From: Amphiscolops sp. MND2022
Lineage: Eukaryota
DNA length: 64,000 bases
Direction of reading: 5' to 3'
Assembly: GCA_964187785.1 (NCBI GenBank)
Contig: OZ076413.1
Span: 43,960,001-44,024,000, forward strand
This document shows positions 1-13,832 of the stretch, piece after piece. A program made the position numbers and the translations under genes. The notes under the pieces are model-generated. The model searched no databases. It worked only from the letters and a program-made list of their open reading frames with translations, and was not told the origin of the DNA. Every line of letters begins with the position of its first letter. The first letter of the stretch is position 1.

Positions 1-1559
1 TTTCGTATTTTCGGCACTATGCGACTTAGCGAGTGAAATTTTTCGTTTTTTTCGAAGTTAATTTTCGAAAAATAATATTTTTTTTTACAATTTTTAGTTT
101 TTGAGGTTTTCTGTGAAGGAAATAAGTTTCCCGAGTCTTACGGGTGACCTCTTTGTTATTTTTAATCATGTCGAACTGATGATGTTTCTTATTGACTGCT
201 GAAAATCAATCTCTTCCCAAAATTTTCATTTGATCGAAGCGTACCCCCTTGATTTCGTAGCTGATTTCGGCATTGAAAAAGGTAGTTTGTGAGCTAAACT
301 TGTTCCGCTTTCATAAGATTTTACCGAAAAAAAATCAAAAATAAGGCGTTCTGGAAATCCTGTTGAAAAAAAGTGGTTTCCGAGTATCAGGAGTATTTAT
401 TGGTATTATTTTTGGCACTGAGAAAATGGTATAGGCTTGAAACTGGGTGGTCATTTGCAAGTTTAAGAAACTTGAGCGTTCCCAGGTTGATATATTTTTG
501 CACATAGTTCCACCAAAAAAGTCAAAAACTGGAATTATTTCCGACAACTTCGGGATCAATTTAAGGAACTTTTCTAACATGAATCTACAGATGTCTCTTC
601 ACAAATAGCCCTACTGGACACCGAGTTTATTTGTTGTTTAATGCTTACACCCTTCTAACCCACGATATAGCTTGAAACATTTTCTTTTGGAAGGTGTTCT
701 CCATATCTAGTGTTTTTGCTTGGAGCTTATTCAAAAGTTAAATACTTGACGAATATGGTCGAAGTGCACGTTTTCAAGTATAGTTTTTGAAAGTTGAGCG
801 AATAATCTTGTCTGACATCTTCTTGAAACACCACCGGTAGCTAAACGTTTCAATCCTGAGCCATGAGTTTTCTGATTGAAGTAAGATTTCGGAAAGGGTC
901 TAAAATTGGGACTATGTTGTCGAAAATTGAGGAAAATTGGAACTTTTGACACTTTTGTTGTAAACTCGACTAATTTCATCCTACGTTTTCCCCAAATTGC
1001 GTTGTGAATATCCTTTTGTTTCAACGCTCGAGTCAATGGAAATTCTATTCCACAAAAATGTTCATGGTTTGAACAAAAATTAAGAAAAACTTGTGAAAAA
1101 AACGTGCGTTTTTGTTGTTGAATGGACTTTGGGGTGCTTTGAGACCAATTCCAACCAAAAATTGCAATTATATCTTCAAAATAGCCTACTGGATACCAGG
1201 ATTAGTCCTTGTTGACATTGTTGATTTCTTAAAAATTTTTTATGCAGCTCAATAATTGTGCAAAAACGGCCTAAAAATGTAAAAACATGAAAATTCTCTT
1301 TTTGCATCATTTGGGTCTTTCTGAGGAAACTCTCCGGGACAAAAGATGGAAGTTTCTCTTTTAAAACGTGCTGTGGATCTAATTTTGTCATCTAGAGCTA
1401 TGCGAAGCTATTATTTTACATTTTGCCAATCTCAACAAAATTCACTGAAACGCGGAAATCAGCAAAACTCTGATTTTTTTTTGACTTTTTGCGGTCAGCT
1501 TTAGCCATTTTTCAACCGAAGTCTGCAAATATTTCTCTAAGGGCCGACTGAATTAAGGA

Positions 1560-3570
1560 TTCAATCTTTGTTGAACGTTTGCCACCGTTCTGAATCCAAA
1601 ACGCTTCAAAATGTAGACATAGGCTGCTTAAAAACGATGATGTTGAAAGCAAAAAAATGTTGGTGTTTTTGAAGCAAAACGCTGCAACGTTCTCTTCAAA
1701 AAATGTATTGCATAACTCGTTCTTTCGTTGTTGAGCGTTATGGAACTATTAACGAAGACTCTCGGGAATTGTACGGAAATTGCATGAAAACGACAAAAAC
1801 TTCGATTTTTTCGGCTATTTCAAGGTCAATTTTAAGCATTTTTGATTCAGAAATTGATCTTATCTGTTGTCGAAAGCTTACAGAGACAACTTTTTTTTCA
1901 TTGATTAGGGGTTTTAACATTCTAGTTCACAAAGTCTGTCGATAGTGTGGCAATAATTGAACAAAAATGATGAAAATGGAAAAATTTTGAAATTTTTCCT
2001 TTTTCGATGTCAACTCCAGACATTTTTCAATTGAAAAACTGCATTTATCGTTCCACTAAGCAAACGGGACAACATTTGTTGACCCTTTCTATCATTCCAA
2101 TCTCCGGAGTTTGTTGAAAATTTTAAAGAAAAACTGCATAAAACTTTGAAAATTGTAAAATTTTGAGATTTTTGTCAATTTCGGTGTCAAGTTGAGACAA
2201 TTTCAATCGAAAAACTGAAACTATCTCATCCTTAAAGACTACAGGATAACAAACTGCTACCTTGATGAACGTTTTCAACTTTTCAACCTACGGAGACTGT
2301 CGAAATCGTGACAGAAATTGCACAAAAACATTGAAAATGGAAGAATTTTGGGTTTTTTGTCGTTTTTGGTGCCAACTTGAGACTTTTTTCATCTAGAAAA
2401 CTGCATTAAAATCTTCGGAAAAGCTTTTTGGACCAATACTGTTCCTTGCTTACGCTTCTCAACATTCTAATCTACGAAGTCTGTCAAAAATTTCACGAAA
2501 ATTGCATAAAAATTGCGATAAAAAAAGAAAGTTTTGGGCTTTTGTCACTTTCGGTGTCAATTTTAGACCTTTTTCATTTCGAAAATAGCAATAATCTCTT
2601 CGGAAAAGCCTACTGGATAGCTAATACGGGCCATTTTGACCGTTTTCAACATTCTAACCAATGAAGTTTAACAAAAATTCCACAAAAATTGCATAAATCG
2701 TTAAAAATCGTGAAATTTTGGAATTTTGGTCATTCATTGGGTCAATTTTCTCTCACAAAACCGCATTTATCTCTTGATAGAAAACGATTGGACAACAATA
2801 TCGTGCCTTGTTTAACGTTTTCAACATTCTAATTCACAATGTCTATCAACAATTGACAATAAATTCATGAAAACGGTAAAAATTGAGAAACTTTGGCATT
2901 ATTGTATTTTCTGTGCCAATTTGAGATATTTTTCATTTAGAAAACTACAATAAATTCTTCAGAGAAGTCTAATGGACTAATACTTTTTCCTTGCTGACGC
3001 TTCTCAACATTCTAATCTACGAAGTCTGTCGAAAATTTGACAAAAAATGCATTAAAAAATTTGAAAAATGGAAAATTTTGTTTTTTTTTGTTATTTTCTG
3101 TATCAATTTGAGACCTTTTTCATTTGGAAAAAAGCAATTATCTTTTCTGAAAAGCCTACTGGACAGCAAATGAGTGCCATGTTGAGCGTTCTCAACATTT
3201 TAAAAAACGAAGTATGTCAAAAGTTTGACAAAATTGCTTAAAATTGTTAAAAATTGGACTTGTTGAACGTTTTCAACATTCTAATTCGCGGTGTTTATCA
3301 AAAAAGTTACAAAAATTGCATAAAAACTTTAAAAAATTGAAAAATTTCCCGAAATTTTGTCGTTTTCTGTGTCATTTTGTCATTAAGGGGTCATTTTCGT
3401 CATACAAATCCATATCGCACGAAGCTAAATTTATGTGAGTTGAATTTTATGGGTAACACCCTTTAAGTTAAATATAAATAAATTCTTGGCAAATTTTGTA
3501 AAAAAAACCTGTTTGATTTAAATATTTTCCTTTCCAATATATGAAATATGGGCGGAAAATAATAAATCAT
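1560..3570 (+). repeat. Degenerate AT-rich tandem repeat, roughly 170-190 bp unit (core CAACATTCTAATCTACGAAGTCTGTCGAAAATTTGACAAAAATTGCATAAAA)
   Basis: The core recurs near 1915, 2090, 2280, 2460, 2648, 2821, 3005, 3193 and 3274. Boundaries are approximate. Confidence 0.75.
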
Positions 3571-3651
3571 GAAACGTTTCTTCCGAGATTGTTAGCAATT
3601 AGTAACGTTACTTGCACTATCCCATCGACACGGGAGTGTTGTACAAGTGTT

Positions 3652-4228
3652 CCCTGGTTGAAACTGCTTGAACTTTTTACATGTTTTTGTAGGTTACCAA
3701 GCTAATTTTCCATGATTTTATAAAATTCTCATAGAAATGTCCATGCATTAACTCTTCACTGATTCGATTTAATTTTATCAAGCTGCCTATAAAATGCGAC
3801 TTAAATTTGGCGGCAATTCTGCGCCGCGACGCTTTGCAAGTTTCATAAAGACGCCGTTCTAATTTTGAAAGCAGCTGAGACCTTAATCAATTTTACCGCG
3901 CTTCCAATGCAAACAAATTTCAGTCACATTATAAAATTCAAAGTAGCGTCATATTCAGCGTGCTATTTGGCTAACGGTGATTACATAAGGTACTTACATG
4001 AGAAACTTACGCGTGAAAACAAAGTGATCGCTGCGGTGAAGAAGTGGAAATATTTTCAGTTTTAAGTCAAATAGTGAAGGCTGCATTGTAGTCCTACAAA
4101 ATGTTTCCATTCACGGCCCAGGAAGTTTCCATAAAATTTTATTAAAAAGTTTTTATAAAGTTTTATAAAAAAAGTAGCCTGCGTGCTTCCATGCAGCATG
4201 TAAAAAGTTCAAGCAATCTCGACTAGGG
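3652..4228. mobile_element. Non-autonomous DNA transposon with CCC...GGG termini (CACTA/EnSpm-like), family A copy 1
   Basis: Imperfect TIRs CCCTGGTTGAAACTGCTTGAAC / GTTCAAGCAATCTCGACTAGGG and a TT/TT 2-bp flank. A near-full paralog lies at 21056-21601, with fragments near 8847, 23470-23719 and 23736. Confidence 0.7.
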
Positions 4229-4323
4229 TTAGCTTTGGCTCTGTTCCAGACACTTTTTCCTTGTTATAAAACAACGCTCTGTAATATTCCTTTGTTGATA
4301 ATGAAAACACCGTGCTTGCAATG

Positions 4324-4866
4324 GGTTGGGCGACAATTCGTCCCAAGCGACGATTCGTCCCAAGCGACAATTCGTCCCAAGAGACAATTCGTCCCAAATT
4401 CCAAAAAACGACAATTCGTCCTAAGCGTCGATTCGTCCCATTTCGAAAAGGCGACAATTCGTCCCATTTGTAAAAGGCGACAATTCGTCCCAAATTGTTT
4501 AATTGATCAGCTAATTACCAACCTTTTGAAGGTTGAAACGAAAGAAATAATCAAACCAACTACAAATGAATTCATTCAACCACGTGACAATAATTAGAAA
4601 ATGTTGCATTTTAACGTACTAGTCGTAGAATGTTAAAATTAGTTGTTGGTACCTGCCTTTAATTGTAATCTTTCCGGATTCATTATTACAAAGGTCTTTT
4701 TCGGCAATTAAATTGGGGACAAATTGCAGCTTTTAATAATTGGGACGAATTGTCGTCTTTTCAAAATGGGACGAATTGTCGCTTGGGACGAATTGTCGCT
4801 TTTTGGAATTTGAGACGAATTGTCGCTTGGGACGAATCGTCGCTTGGGACGAATTGTCGCTTTACG
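4324..4866. mobile_element. Foldback/MULE-like MITE with 17-bp subterminal tandem repeats (GCGACAATTCGTCCCAA), copy 1
   Basis: Inverted arrays of the 17-mer at both ends. Perfect 9-bp TSD CTTGCAATG at 4315-4323 and 4867-4875. Confidence 0.85.
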
Positions 4867-5461
4867 CTTGCAATGATACTATTTTCGTAAATTTTGGCAA
4901 AAATTATATTAGTTTCTTACTAGGCATCCAAAATCAATGACAGACTGGTTCTTATTGAACAAACTAACTGTTGACGTCAATAATTCTGACGCAATTCCCT
5001 TTTCAAGCTGCATTCCTGAGAAAATTTCCAGTTGAGTTAGTATCTGCTTCAGTAAAAGTCTCACAAGATTTTCGCGCTAGAACTGGACACTTTAGAGAAC
5101 ACTTCTGTTTCAAATAAATGTTTTTTTTTACAAAAAAACCCAATAAGCTCTGTGAGACATTTCAGATAATGAGACATTCTTATACACTATGGTATCAAAA
5201 AGCTACGTACACCAACATTTTTTTAAAAAAACTCAGAACAGTAAAATTTGAAACAACTGTTGAAACAAATAATAAATCAATATCCCGTCAAACTACCATG
5301 GTTTTTGATTACCTTCACCAGACGATTCTCATACGATTTGTACAAGTTGCGAACAACATCACGGTTTATGTTGTTCCACACTTCCATAACCTTTTCTTCT
5401 GAATTCTCCCAGGTAACAAACTGACCTCGCAAGCTTTTTTAAAAAATGGCCCTTTGAAAAT

Positions 5462-6205
5462 ATTTTTATTATTTTCCGCCCATATTTCATATGGGACAGG
5501 AAAATATTTAAATCAAACGGGTTTTTTTACAAAATTTGCCAAGAATTATTGTTTTCGTAATATGAAGAAGTACATTCACAGAATTCAACTGACATAAATT
5601 TAGTTCCATGCGATATGTATTTGTAAAGATTTTTGGACTTTTTTGGGAATGACGGAAATGACCCCATAATGACCCAAAATTGACCCCGAAAATGACAAAA
5701 ATTCAAAACTTTCCCAATTTTCACCGTTTTCATGCATTTTTTTGCCATTTTTTCGATAAACATCGTCGATTAGAATGTTGAAAATGTTCAACAAGGCACG
5801 AATTCGTTGTCCAATAGTATTCTTTAAGGAGATAAATGCGTTTTTTCAAAAATAAAAATTACCCCAAAAATGATAAAATTCCAAAATTTTTCGATTTTTA
5901 ACGTTTTTATGCAATTTTTGTCAAATTTTCGATAGACTTCGTAGATTAGAATGTTGAAAACGCTCAACGTGACAGGAATGGCAGGAATTCGTTGTCCAGT
6001 ATGCTTTTCCGAAGAGATAATGACTGTTTTCTAAATGAAAAATATATCAAATTGAAACCAAAAATGACAAAAAACCCAAAATTTTCCAATTTTCAAAGTT
6101 TTTTATGCAATTTTTGTCAAATTTTCGACAGACTTCGTAGATTGGAATGTTGAAAAGAATCAACAAGGAACAAATTTGTTGTCCAGTAGTCTTTTTCGAA
6201 GAGAT
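5462..6205 (-). repeat. Inverted copy of the AT-rich repeat array and its terminal segment
   Basis: TTTATTATTTTCCGCCCATATTTCATA at ~5466 is the reverse complement of ~3540-3567. The repeat core continues in reverse orientation to ~6200. Confidence 0.75.
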
Positions 6206-6244
6206 TTGGGGCGGAAAATATCCCGCTGGTCCGCGGGCGTCTTG

Positions 6245-7560
6245 TTAGAATTCAGGTCAGGACTGTAAGCTGGCCAATCCAGCACCTCCCATTGCTTCTG
6301 GACCAGAAAATTGCGAACAACTTCACTTTTGTGTACTGGGGCGTTGTCTTGCTGGAACACCAAATCCGGTATATTCAAATGTCGATCGTATTGCTTTGAA
6401 ATCTCCAAATATCCGTAACTGTTAAGTGTTGCGGGACATTTAATTAGCATTTTCCTATCATCTGATCTGATGCCCCCCATCATAGATCTTTTGTTCGTGC
6501 GTATTCCTTGGGTGTTTTTGGGGCAAAAGCGACGACCAGTTCTCCTGAACACCCGCACAACGCCATCACTATTCAAGAGAACACGGGTTTCGTCTGAGAA
6601 TACGACGTTTTCCCAGAAGCGTAGTTTCCATCCAACCAAAATTCAGAACAAAAATGCAAAAGTTCGAGTGAAACAAAAACAACCTTCTTCAAGCTTACAA
6701 TACCACCCAAATCTGGCCAGCGAAAATGCATCTAAGGTAGTGCAGAAGGTCCGCCTCTCATTTTCTCTTTTTAACGTAAAATACGAAACCGAACGAGACT
6801 AAAAAGCCCCCTTTTAAACTTTATGATCTTTTGGTTTTTTGAGGTTTTTTGTCTTTTCATAAAAGTCCTGAGCAGAGTTTCTATAGTTTGCGCTTTTTGA
6901 GCCTTAGGTTTAGCGCCGACTTTAGATGTTCTCGTCTTGTATCATTGAGAGCACCATCGAAATCGCTATTAGTTCACTCCACGAAAGTGATTGATTTGAT
7001 AAAATTTTTTATTTCGTTTTTGTTTTTTCGGCACTTTGAGATTTTTCTCAAATATTTTTTTTCAAAAAATTCCAAAACTTTTCCCCATTTTTGGTGGAAA
7101 ATTGACGCTGGATAAAAACCAAGGGGCTTTTCCAACATTCTCGAGCACCAGCGTTTTCTGATCAGTCTTTGTTTTTGTTCAAGTGGAACTTTTTTGCGGC
7201 TTTTCTAGAAATACTTCCGTACTTCTTCAGGATTCTTCGAATAGTACATTTAGAAACTGTCTTTGACGTTGAAAAAGAGCTTTGCAGTACTCTTACTCGT
7301 TCTGTTGTTTTTGGGTCTTTTTCCACTCTTCGAACTATTAGTCTTTGCTCTTTTTCGCTGAGCTTTTCTGGCCGGCCTGGAGGTTTTTTCGCCACGTAAG
7401 AGTTCGTTCTCAAAAAACGCTGATAAGTTGTTTGAGCTGTCGATCGAGATTTAAGACCCAACTTTCTTTAATTTCTTTGTATGATAAACCCATTTCGCTT
7501 AGTGTAACGATTTTGCAAACAATGTATGAATCCAAAGGTTTGACCATTTTCAACAATGTT
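6245..7560 (-). pseudogene. Tc1/mariner transposase relic, split by a ~480-bp insertion
   Basis: Motifs VVFSDETRV, VFQQDNAPVH and WPAYSPDLN in ORF 6160-6639. N-terminal GRPEKLS/HTH region in ORF 7162-7461. AACCAA is duplicated at 6634-6639 and 7117-7122 around the insert. Confidence 0.85.
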
Positions 7561-9599
7561 TAATTCAAGAGTGATTGATTTCATTTCCGGTTGAGAATGA
7601 AATGTTCTTCACAAACTGAATAAGATTTTCAGCTGTACGTCGCTTTTTGCTACCATACTGTATCTTCATACATATTGCGTTGAAAAGGCTTTGTAATTCA
7701 TTTGACAAGTCAATGCACTGCCGTGATTTAGTAGTATATCAATTAGCAAAAAAAATTTTAAAAATTTTGAAAACGCACAGAGACGGAATACGTTTTTTGA
7801 GTACAATTTTTACCCAAAAGAAATTTACTGTACTATTTAACATTTAAACATGGGATTTGTAGTGTTTCTTAAACTCCTAATGGTGAAATTGTTTAAAAGG
7901 TTATTAAATACGTGCGCAATATAGTCACCATTATCACATCCGGAAACGTTGTTTTGCAAATTCAAAAATAACAGCCTTGTCGATGATGAAGTGTCTGTGT
8001 TGCTGAACCTACACCACATAATTCGCCAAGCTGAAATCTTTCGAAATTATAGGAAAAAACCACAGTTGGTTGGAATAGAGGAACTTGATATCAGAAGACA
8101 TCGAACAAATAAGTTTAACCCGAGTACGGGTGTATAGATCAAAGATAGTGATTTGTATTTCAAAGATAACAACTACATTTATTTTTTTAACCTATAAAAA
8201 GACAACGAAAAGTGTCGAAGATTTGTTTTCAGGGGCGGGAAATTGAAGAGCAACTATGCCCATTTGTCGTCCGTTTTGGATGTATTGCTTGTGGCCTTTT
8301 TAAAAAAATGATTAATTGACTTGTTAAATTTTTTTTTCTTTTCCTGTAGAAATAGAAGGAAAATCAACAATTATTCCTACAAAAGTTATTATGCCCATTC
8401 TATGTAGTTAATCTATTCAGAAAAGTCACTTTCTTGCAAGGACTTACTAAAGATACCACAGGAATCAACAAACTTTTGTTCATGATAAAATGCCAAGTCT
8501 GGTTTGGTGGTGGAATTGAGTTGTTGAAAAGACTTTTACAACTGCCACTTATTTGACGAATTACTAACCAGTCGTCACTGGTTTTGTAACTTTCGTCATA
8601 CAGCGTCTATGCCATGTGACTCAATACATCCCTCTTCTTCCGCAAGGCGGCACCTTCGAAAGATGTTTCAGAATCACTGAAGCGTCGTAAACTAACTACC
8701 GTATATGGTAAAAGTATGATCATTGTTCCTTGATTCAATACAACCTGTCAGTATGATCAAACCGTGGAAATTTGCGATGACAAAATGGTTCAGACGGTCA
8801 CATAGCTCGTAGAGTTCAGTTTTTGTACTGCATACAAGGTGACTGCCCTGGTTGAAACTGCTTGAACATTTCACAACTTTCTGTAGGATGTAAATCAAAA
8901 CTATTATATATATATTTTTTAGAAATTTGCAAGATACGTCCTGGAATTGGCGGCAAGTCGGATCCGATTTACCGCCAATTCCAGGACGTATCTTGCCAAT
9001 TTCTAAAAAAGTATGATAGTTTTGATTTACATTGTACAGAAACTTGTGAACCTACAGAAATCAACCTACAGAAATCTTGACAAAATTCTAACCAGTACCT
9101 CTGGACGAAAACATTGCCAAAGAGGCTGTTCTCCGAGTCTTGATTGCACCTCTTTGGCAATGTTTTGGTCCAGAGGTACTGATGAGAATTTTGTCAAGAT
9201 TCGTGGAAAAAACTACAGTTTCTCTCAATTCTGCGCTAGAATTTAGGACTTTGTTTTTTCCCACTAAAGGTTCGCTCCTTTGGTTTTTAATGTTTTCTGT
9301 TTAGAAAACGCGTTTTTTGAGCACAACGTGTCACACCTTCGGTGTTCTCGACACTGCGCATTTGTTCCAACCATAAAGGACCTTCTTGGGAAAATCCTCG
9401 TTCTAGAGAAGAACAAACATTTGGCAGTGCCAGTATGCTTCTTGTTCTGTAATTAATTGGAAGTATTCAAATTGTCGACTCAGATTGGACGTACAGTGTT
9501 GCTATCTTCCGACAGCAAAATAAATGAAATCTTCACCTGATAATGAAACCGAAATATACCTATCCACGAATGAAGCGCCCCGTGTAAGAAGTGAAGTCC

Positions 9600-10930
9600 G
9601 TAATCTCTATAGGATCACACGCGGACCTTGAGTTTTTCTTTGCAATTCTTGTCTTCGGGTCTTTTCAACCATTACCGAAACCTTGTATGTTTGAGGATGT
9701 ACCCGTCCCAGTGCCATTTTGGTGCAAAGGCTAACTACCCATTATGTTCTGTATCTCAGGCAGTACTCTGGCATTTATGGCTGAACTAATGGCCCTATTA
9801 TTCTGCGTTTGCGTTCATTGGTGAATCTATTTCTTGGACAACCTGGCCTTCATTTCGCTTGATAATAGTTCAATAGACTCTGCAAGTCCGTCTTGCTTAT
9901 TCAGTCTATTTCTATTACCATTATTCCTGATTTATATTTCCTGAGATGAGCTTCTTTTATTAGGAAAAGACTCGATGTCCTGATGCCCATCTGGGCGATT
10001 TCTCACATAGTCAAGCTCCCTTCCTATGGAATTTGAGTTTCCATTACCTAGCCTCATGTCCATGTTGCCGTAATCGGATAAAATGACAATTTGTCTAGAT
10101 TTTTTAGCCCTACTTTTCTTCTTTCTAGTGGAAGGTAAAAAAGAGAATACAAGAGGAAATATCTAAAGTGATCCTGTAATTTGAAATATCAATTCCGTTT
10201 TACAGTGGTTAAACATAATAACTTTTACAGTGGTTGACTCAAACTAACAATTGAATTACTGAGTTGCCGGCTTGGGTTTATATACCGTAATCGGCATGAC
10301 AATCAGGAAAATCATAGTCACGTTTCTATAAATAACTCAGAAGCTAAAAATAGAAACCATCACTTCTATAAATAGCATAATCACGTCACTTAGACCCTAC
10401 AGGCGCGGCAACTTTGAAGCGCTCAACAAGGACGGGGGGCGTGTTGCTTAAGCTGGTTTAACAAATGGTGAACTTTTCATCCGTATAACAATTTTACATG
10501 TTCATAATACTTCATGTTGGACCAATGCGATCAATAGTTCTGTGGGCATTTTCAGGAGATAGCCACAGGGAGGGTAAGAAATGGTGATACCGGTTATGAT
10601 TAGTAATATAGCGGATTAGGACATCTTGTACATAAGGTCTTCTTTCTATGTAAGTCTTTATATGGCATCATTACATTTGCTTTCATTAATCAATATAGTA
10701 GCATCAACTAATTGCGCATTATGACTGGTTAGGGTTAGGCCGCATTGCTTTGTTCGTCCATTGTGGTTAATTACAAACATATTCCCAAAAGAGCAGTGAG
10801 TTATGCTAGGCCGTGATTGGCCGATTTGCCTTGCACGGCTATGCTAGCTATACTGAGAAGGTAGACATTTGAACCCGTTTCCTTTCTGCTTGTCAGTATA
10901 GCTTGATGTCAACTATTTAATACTAATACA
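9600..10930 (-). mobile_element. Possible degraded retroelement gag N-terminus plus promoter/LTR-like segment
   Basis: Minus-strand protein-like text with stops (…LAESIELLSSEMKARL…RAISSAINARVLPEIQNIMGS…) downstream of a promoter-like stretch (TATA-like, TCACGTCA). No termini or TSD could be defined. Confidence 0.3.
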
Positions 10931-12471
10931 GTAACAAAATATACATGTTTTGAACTAACGTAGATTTTAAGCGTAACAGCTTATCTGTTGTATTGGCCAA
11001 GTTCCTGGTAGGGCGACTGGCCTTATATTTTCGATGGTGTATAGATTACCATCACAGGCGGCAGCCTGAAGACCCTGTATTTTCAAAATGAATGAACTTT
11101 TTATGATGTTGTTTTTGTGTTTTATGTGTTAATCTGCTTATGCCTGCGATTGTTCAGGTACCTTGCGTAGGTTGTTACAAGCTTTTAACGTTGTCATGAA
11201 TATTTCAAAAAGATCCACCGGGTTTCCACCACAGAGCCTTCTTATTCATTTTTTGAGATCGGATCTGGTCCAAGGAAAGAGAGGAAAAATCGTGAAAAAA
11301 TCTCTGGTCCATACTCGACCCTACACTAAGAAACTTCATTCTGAACTCGAAGACTTTTAAGGATCACTTGATTCGCTGCTTCGCTCAAAATCTGTAGAAA
11401 CTAATCTCAAATTCCTTCGAGCTAGAATCAGTCATATCGAACCTATCGCAGCTCGAGCAAAAGCACTCGTTTTCGTTGTGGTAGTTTCAGTAACAGAATA
11501 TTGAGTGCTGCCTTTACACGGTTTCTTGACTATTTCACTCGAACTCCCCAAGGGTGATTGATGAACTTCGATAAACTCGTTAGCCGCACTGGCTTCGTTT
11601 TGGTGGAGGAGGTTTGGCACCAAATAATCATCTGTTTTGGTAGAGATGTTGATAAAGTGCTATTGCTGTATTGTTTTGGAAAAATTGTTTTGGTTTACTG
11701 GAGTGATTTTTAGTAATTGCTGATAACGCGCAATACGTTATACTGTTTTTTTTGTTCTTTTTTGCATGTAAAATGAACTTGTAACAAAATAGCGAAAACC
11801 AGTTTTAAAAAAACCAGTTTTCCAAAAGAGTTGTGCTGTGGTTTTTCATTAAAAAGTTATTTAAAAAGTTTTTTTTGAGACCAAAGGGTCCCCTTTGCTT
11901 TTTTTTGGCATACTTTTGAAGAATTATTATTTCACAAAAAGGATTTCGCTTCGGCTTTTCGATGTTCCCACCGAGCATGAAAACACAAAATTCTCTTGAG
12001 CCCAAATAGTCCCCTTTGTTTTTTTTCGAAGGGGGATTGAAAAATTATTGAGTCGCTTTGACGCTTTGAAGTGGTTTTCGTCTTTTTGAGCCCTAAACGG
12101 GACGCCGACACAACTGTACTCAAGTTGTTTAAAAACTAGACAGTTGCGCTGTAACTGATTTCTGTTATATCATATTTCAGTACTGATCATATCCATTATC
12201 TTTTACCATGTTAACGATGGGTAACAATGTTGCATCCGTATCGTTTTATTGTAAGAGATACAAAACTGGACAAGGGTTGCACTTGAATTCTTCATACTGG
12301 CAAGACGTAATTCAATTGGATTTAACGTCAATAATTTGTATATATAGCGCTTTATTTGTTGTTTGTTTGTTGTTGTATCTGATAGCGGTATCAGTATGGT
12401 CAAAATTGGAATCCTGAAAAAAGTGCATTGATCCTGGGCGGGACTCGAACAAGCGGTGACCAACTTCCAAC

Positions 12472-12525
12472 GAAGAAGAAGAAGAAAAGGAAGAAGAAAA
12501 GGAAGAAGAAAAGGAAGGAGAAGAG
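12472..12525 (+). repeat. Purine microsatellite (GAA)n/(GAAGAAGAAAAG)n
   Basis: Directly visible in the sequence. Confidence 0.85.
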
Positions 12526-13832
12526 GCATAATTTTACAATTCACTAGGTCGAGTGGCATGACTTGCGTATGTAGCTTCAGACATAAATTGTTTGGCAATA
12601 ATAGCATTACATATGGTACGAACCTAATTTTATAGCAGTTGAATTCTGTGGAAGAACCTTCATTACTTGTGTATTAAAAAACTTGGCGAAAGGAAAGAAA
12701 AACGTGGCAAGGTTAGTAATTATTCTTTCTAATGTGGAAATATAATATGGGTGGAATGTTAAGCTCAGTGGTTAGACTGCTAAGCTTCGTGGTTCATTTT
12801 TTGTGCAAACTTTTTTCTGGCTTCCATATTTGTGCTTATTTCTTTATCTTCCATCTTTCAATAATATTGTTGCGATTTCGTTTATTTTCGTTTGTTCGAT
12901 TTGCTCATCAAATTTTTCCTCCCCGCTTACTCAATGGAAACAACAAAACGCTCTTTACGTTTATCGCTGCCGCTCATTTTTTGGGATTAAAATCATCAAA
13001 ATCTTCGTTGCTGACTGAAATTGAATATTTTACATTAAGTGAAACAAACTACAAATCTAGCCACATACACCTTTTTGCTCCATGTTGGTCAATTCCAATT
13101 CATTTTTATTTGACCTAGAGTCGAATTTCCGCTTTTATCAATATTGGTTTTGCTCACAGCAATAGCATGTTTCAATTGGATGAATTTGATTGACAGAGAT
13201 CTCTGCTTCGCAATAAACCACAGGGCTAACTTCTTGTTCAATAAAAAAACGGTAAAAAAACAAACTTTGGTTCTTCAAAGGCACAACCCTTGTGAACGAG
13301 GTTCACTTAACATCTTTCAATTTTTGTGTCAATCATTTAAAACGAAGCTCTTGTTACGTGAACGCTTTTGGCTTCGATAAAAAGTTGTTAATTTGATTGA
13401 TCGACAAGCTGAATTGCAGCGTTCAAAGTTGTTCACAAATATTTTGTTGACAAATATTTGAAGCTTGGACATTCAAACTTCATTCTATGAGTTCCGTGTT
13501 TTGGTTCACCTAGTAAAAGCATCAAAAGAAAGCAGGTGTTCATATTACCATCGAACATCTTTACGGTACACATTCGAAAAAAGCTCAGAAAATAGCGTTT
13601 TTGAAATGTTGTGAAGATATCAAGTTTCATACTTTCAACATATAGTTTCAAAAATTTTAGGACGTTTCGGTGGAAATAACAATTGTGGTGTGAAGATTGT
13701 GACCAAGAAAATTTGATGCGCTTTGCACAACCTTGATTAACTAAGTAGAGGATAGGATCTCAGGCATAACAAACATATCTTGAGAAAGTTCATTTGAAGG
13801 GCTTTCAGCTGATTTATTTATTTACCGAAAAC

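Noticed and set aside
4328..4860. Short direct repeats superficially resembling a CRISPR array
   Set aside because: No unique spacers, inverted arrays with a 9-bp TSD, eukaryotic context and no cas genes. It is a MITE.
12203..13380. ORFs of 69-134 aa with hydrophobic stretches
   Set aside because: They derive from a microsatellite and T-rich DNA, with no recognisable domain or consistent splice structure.
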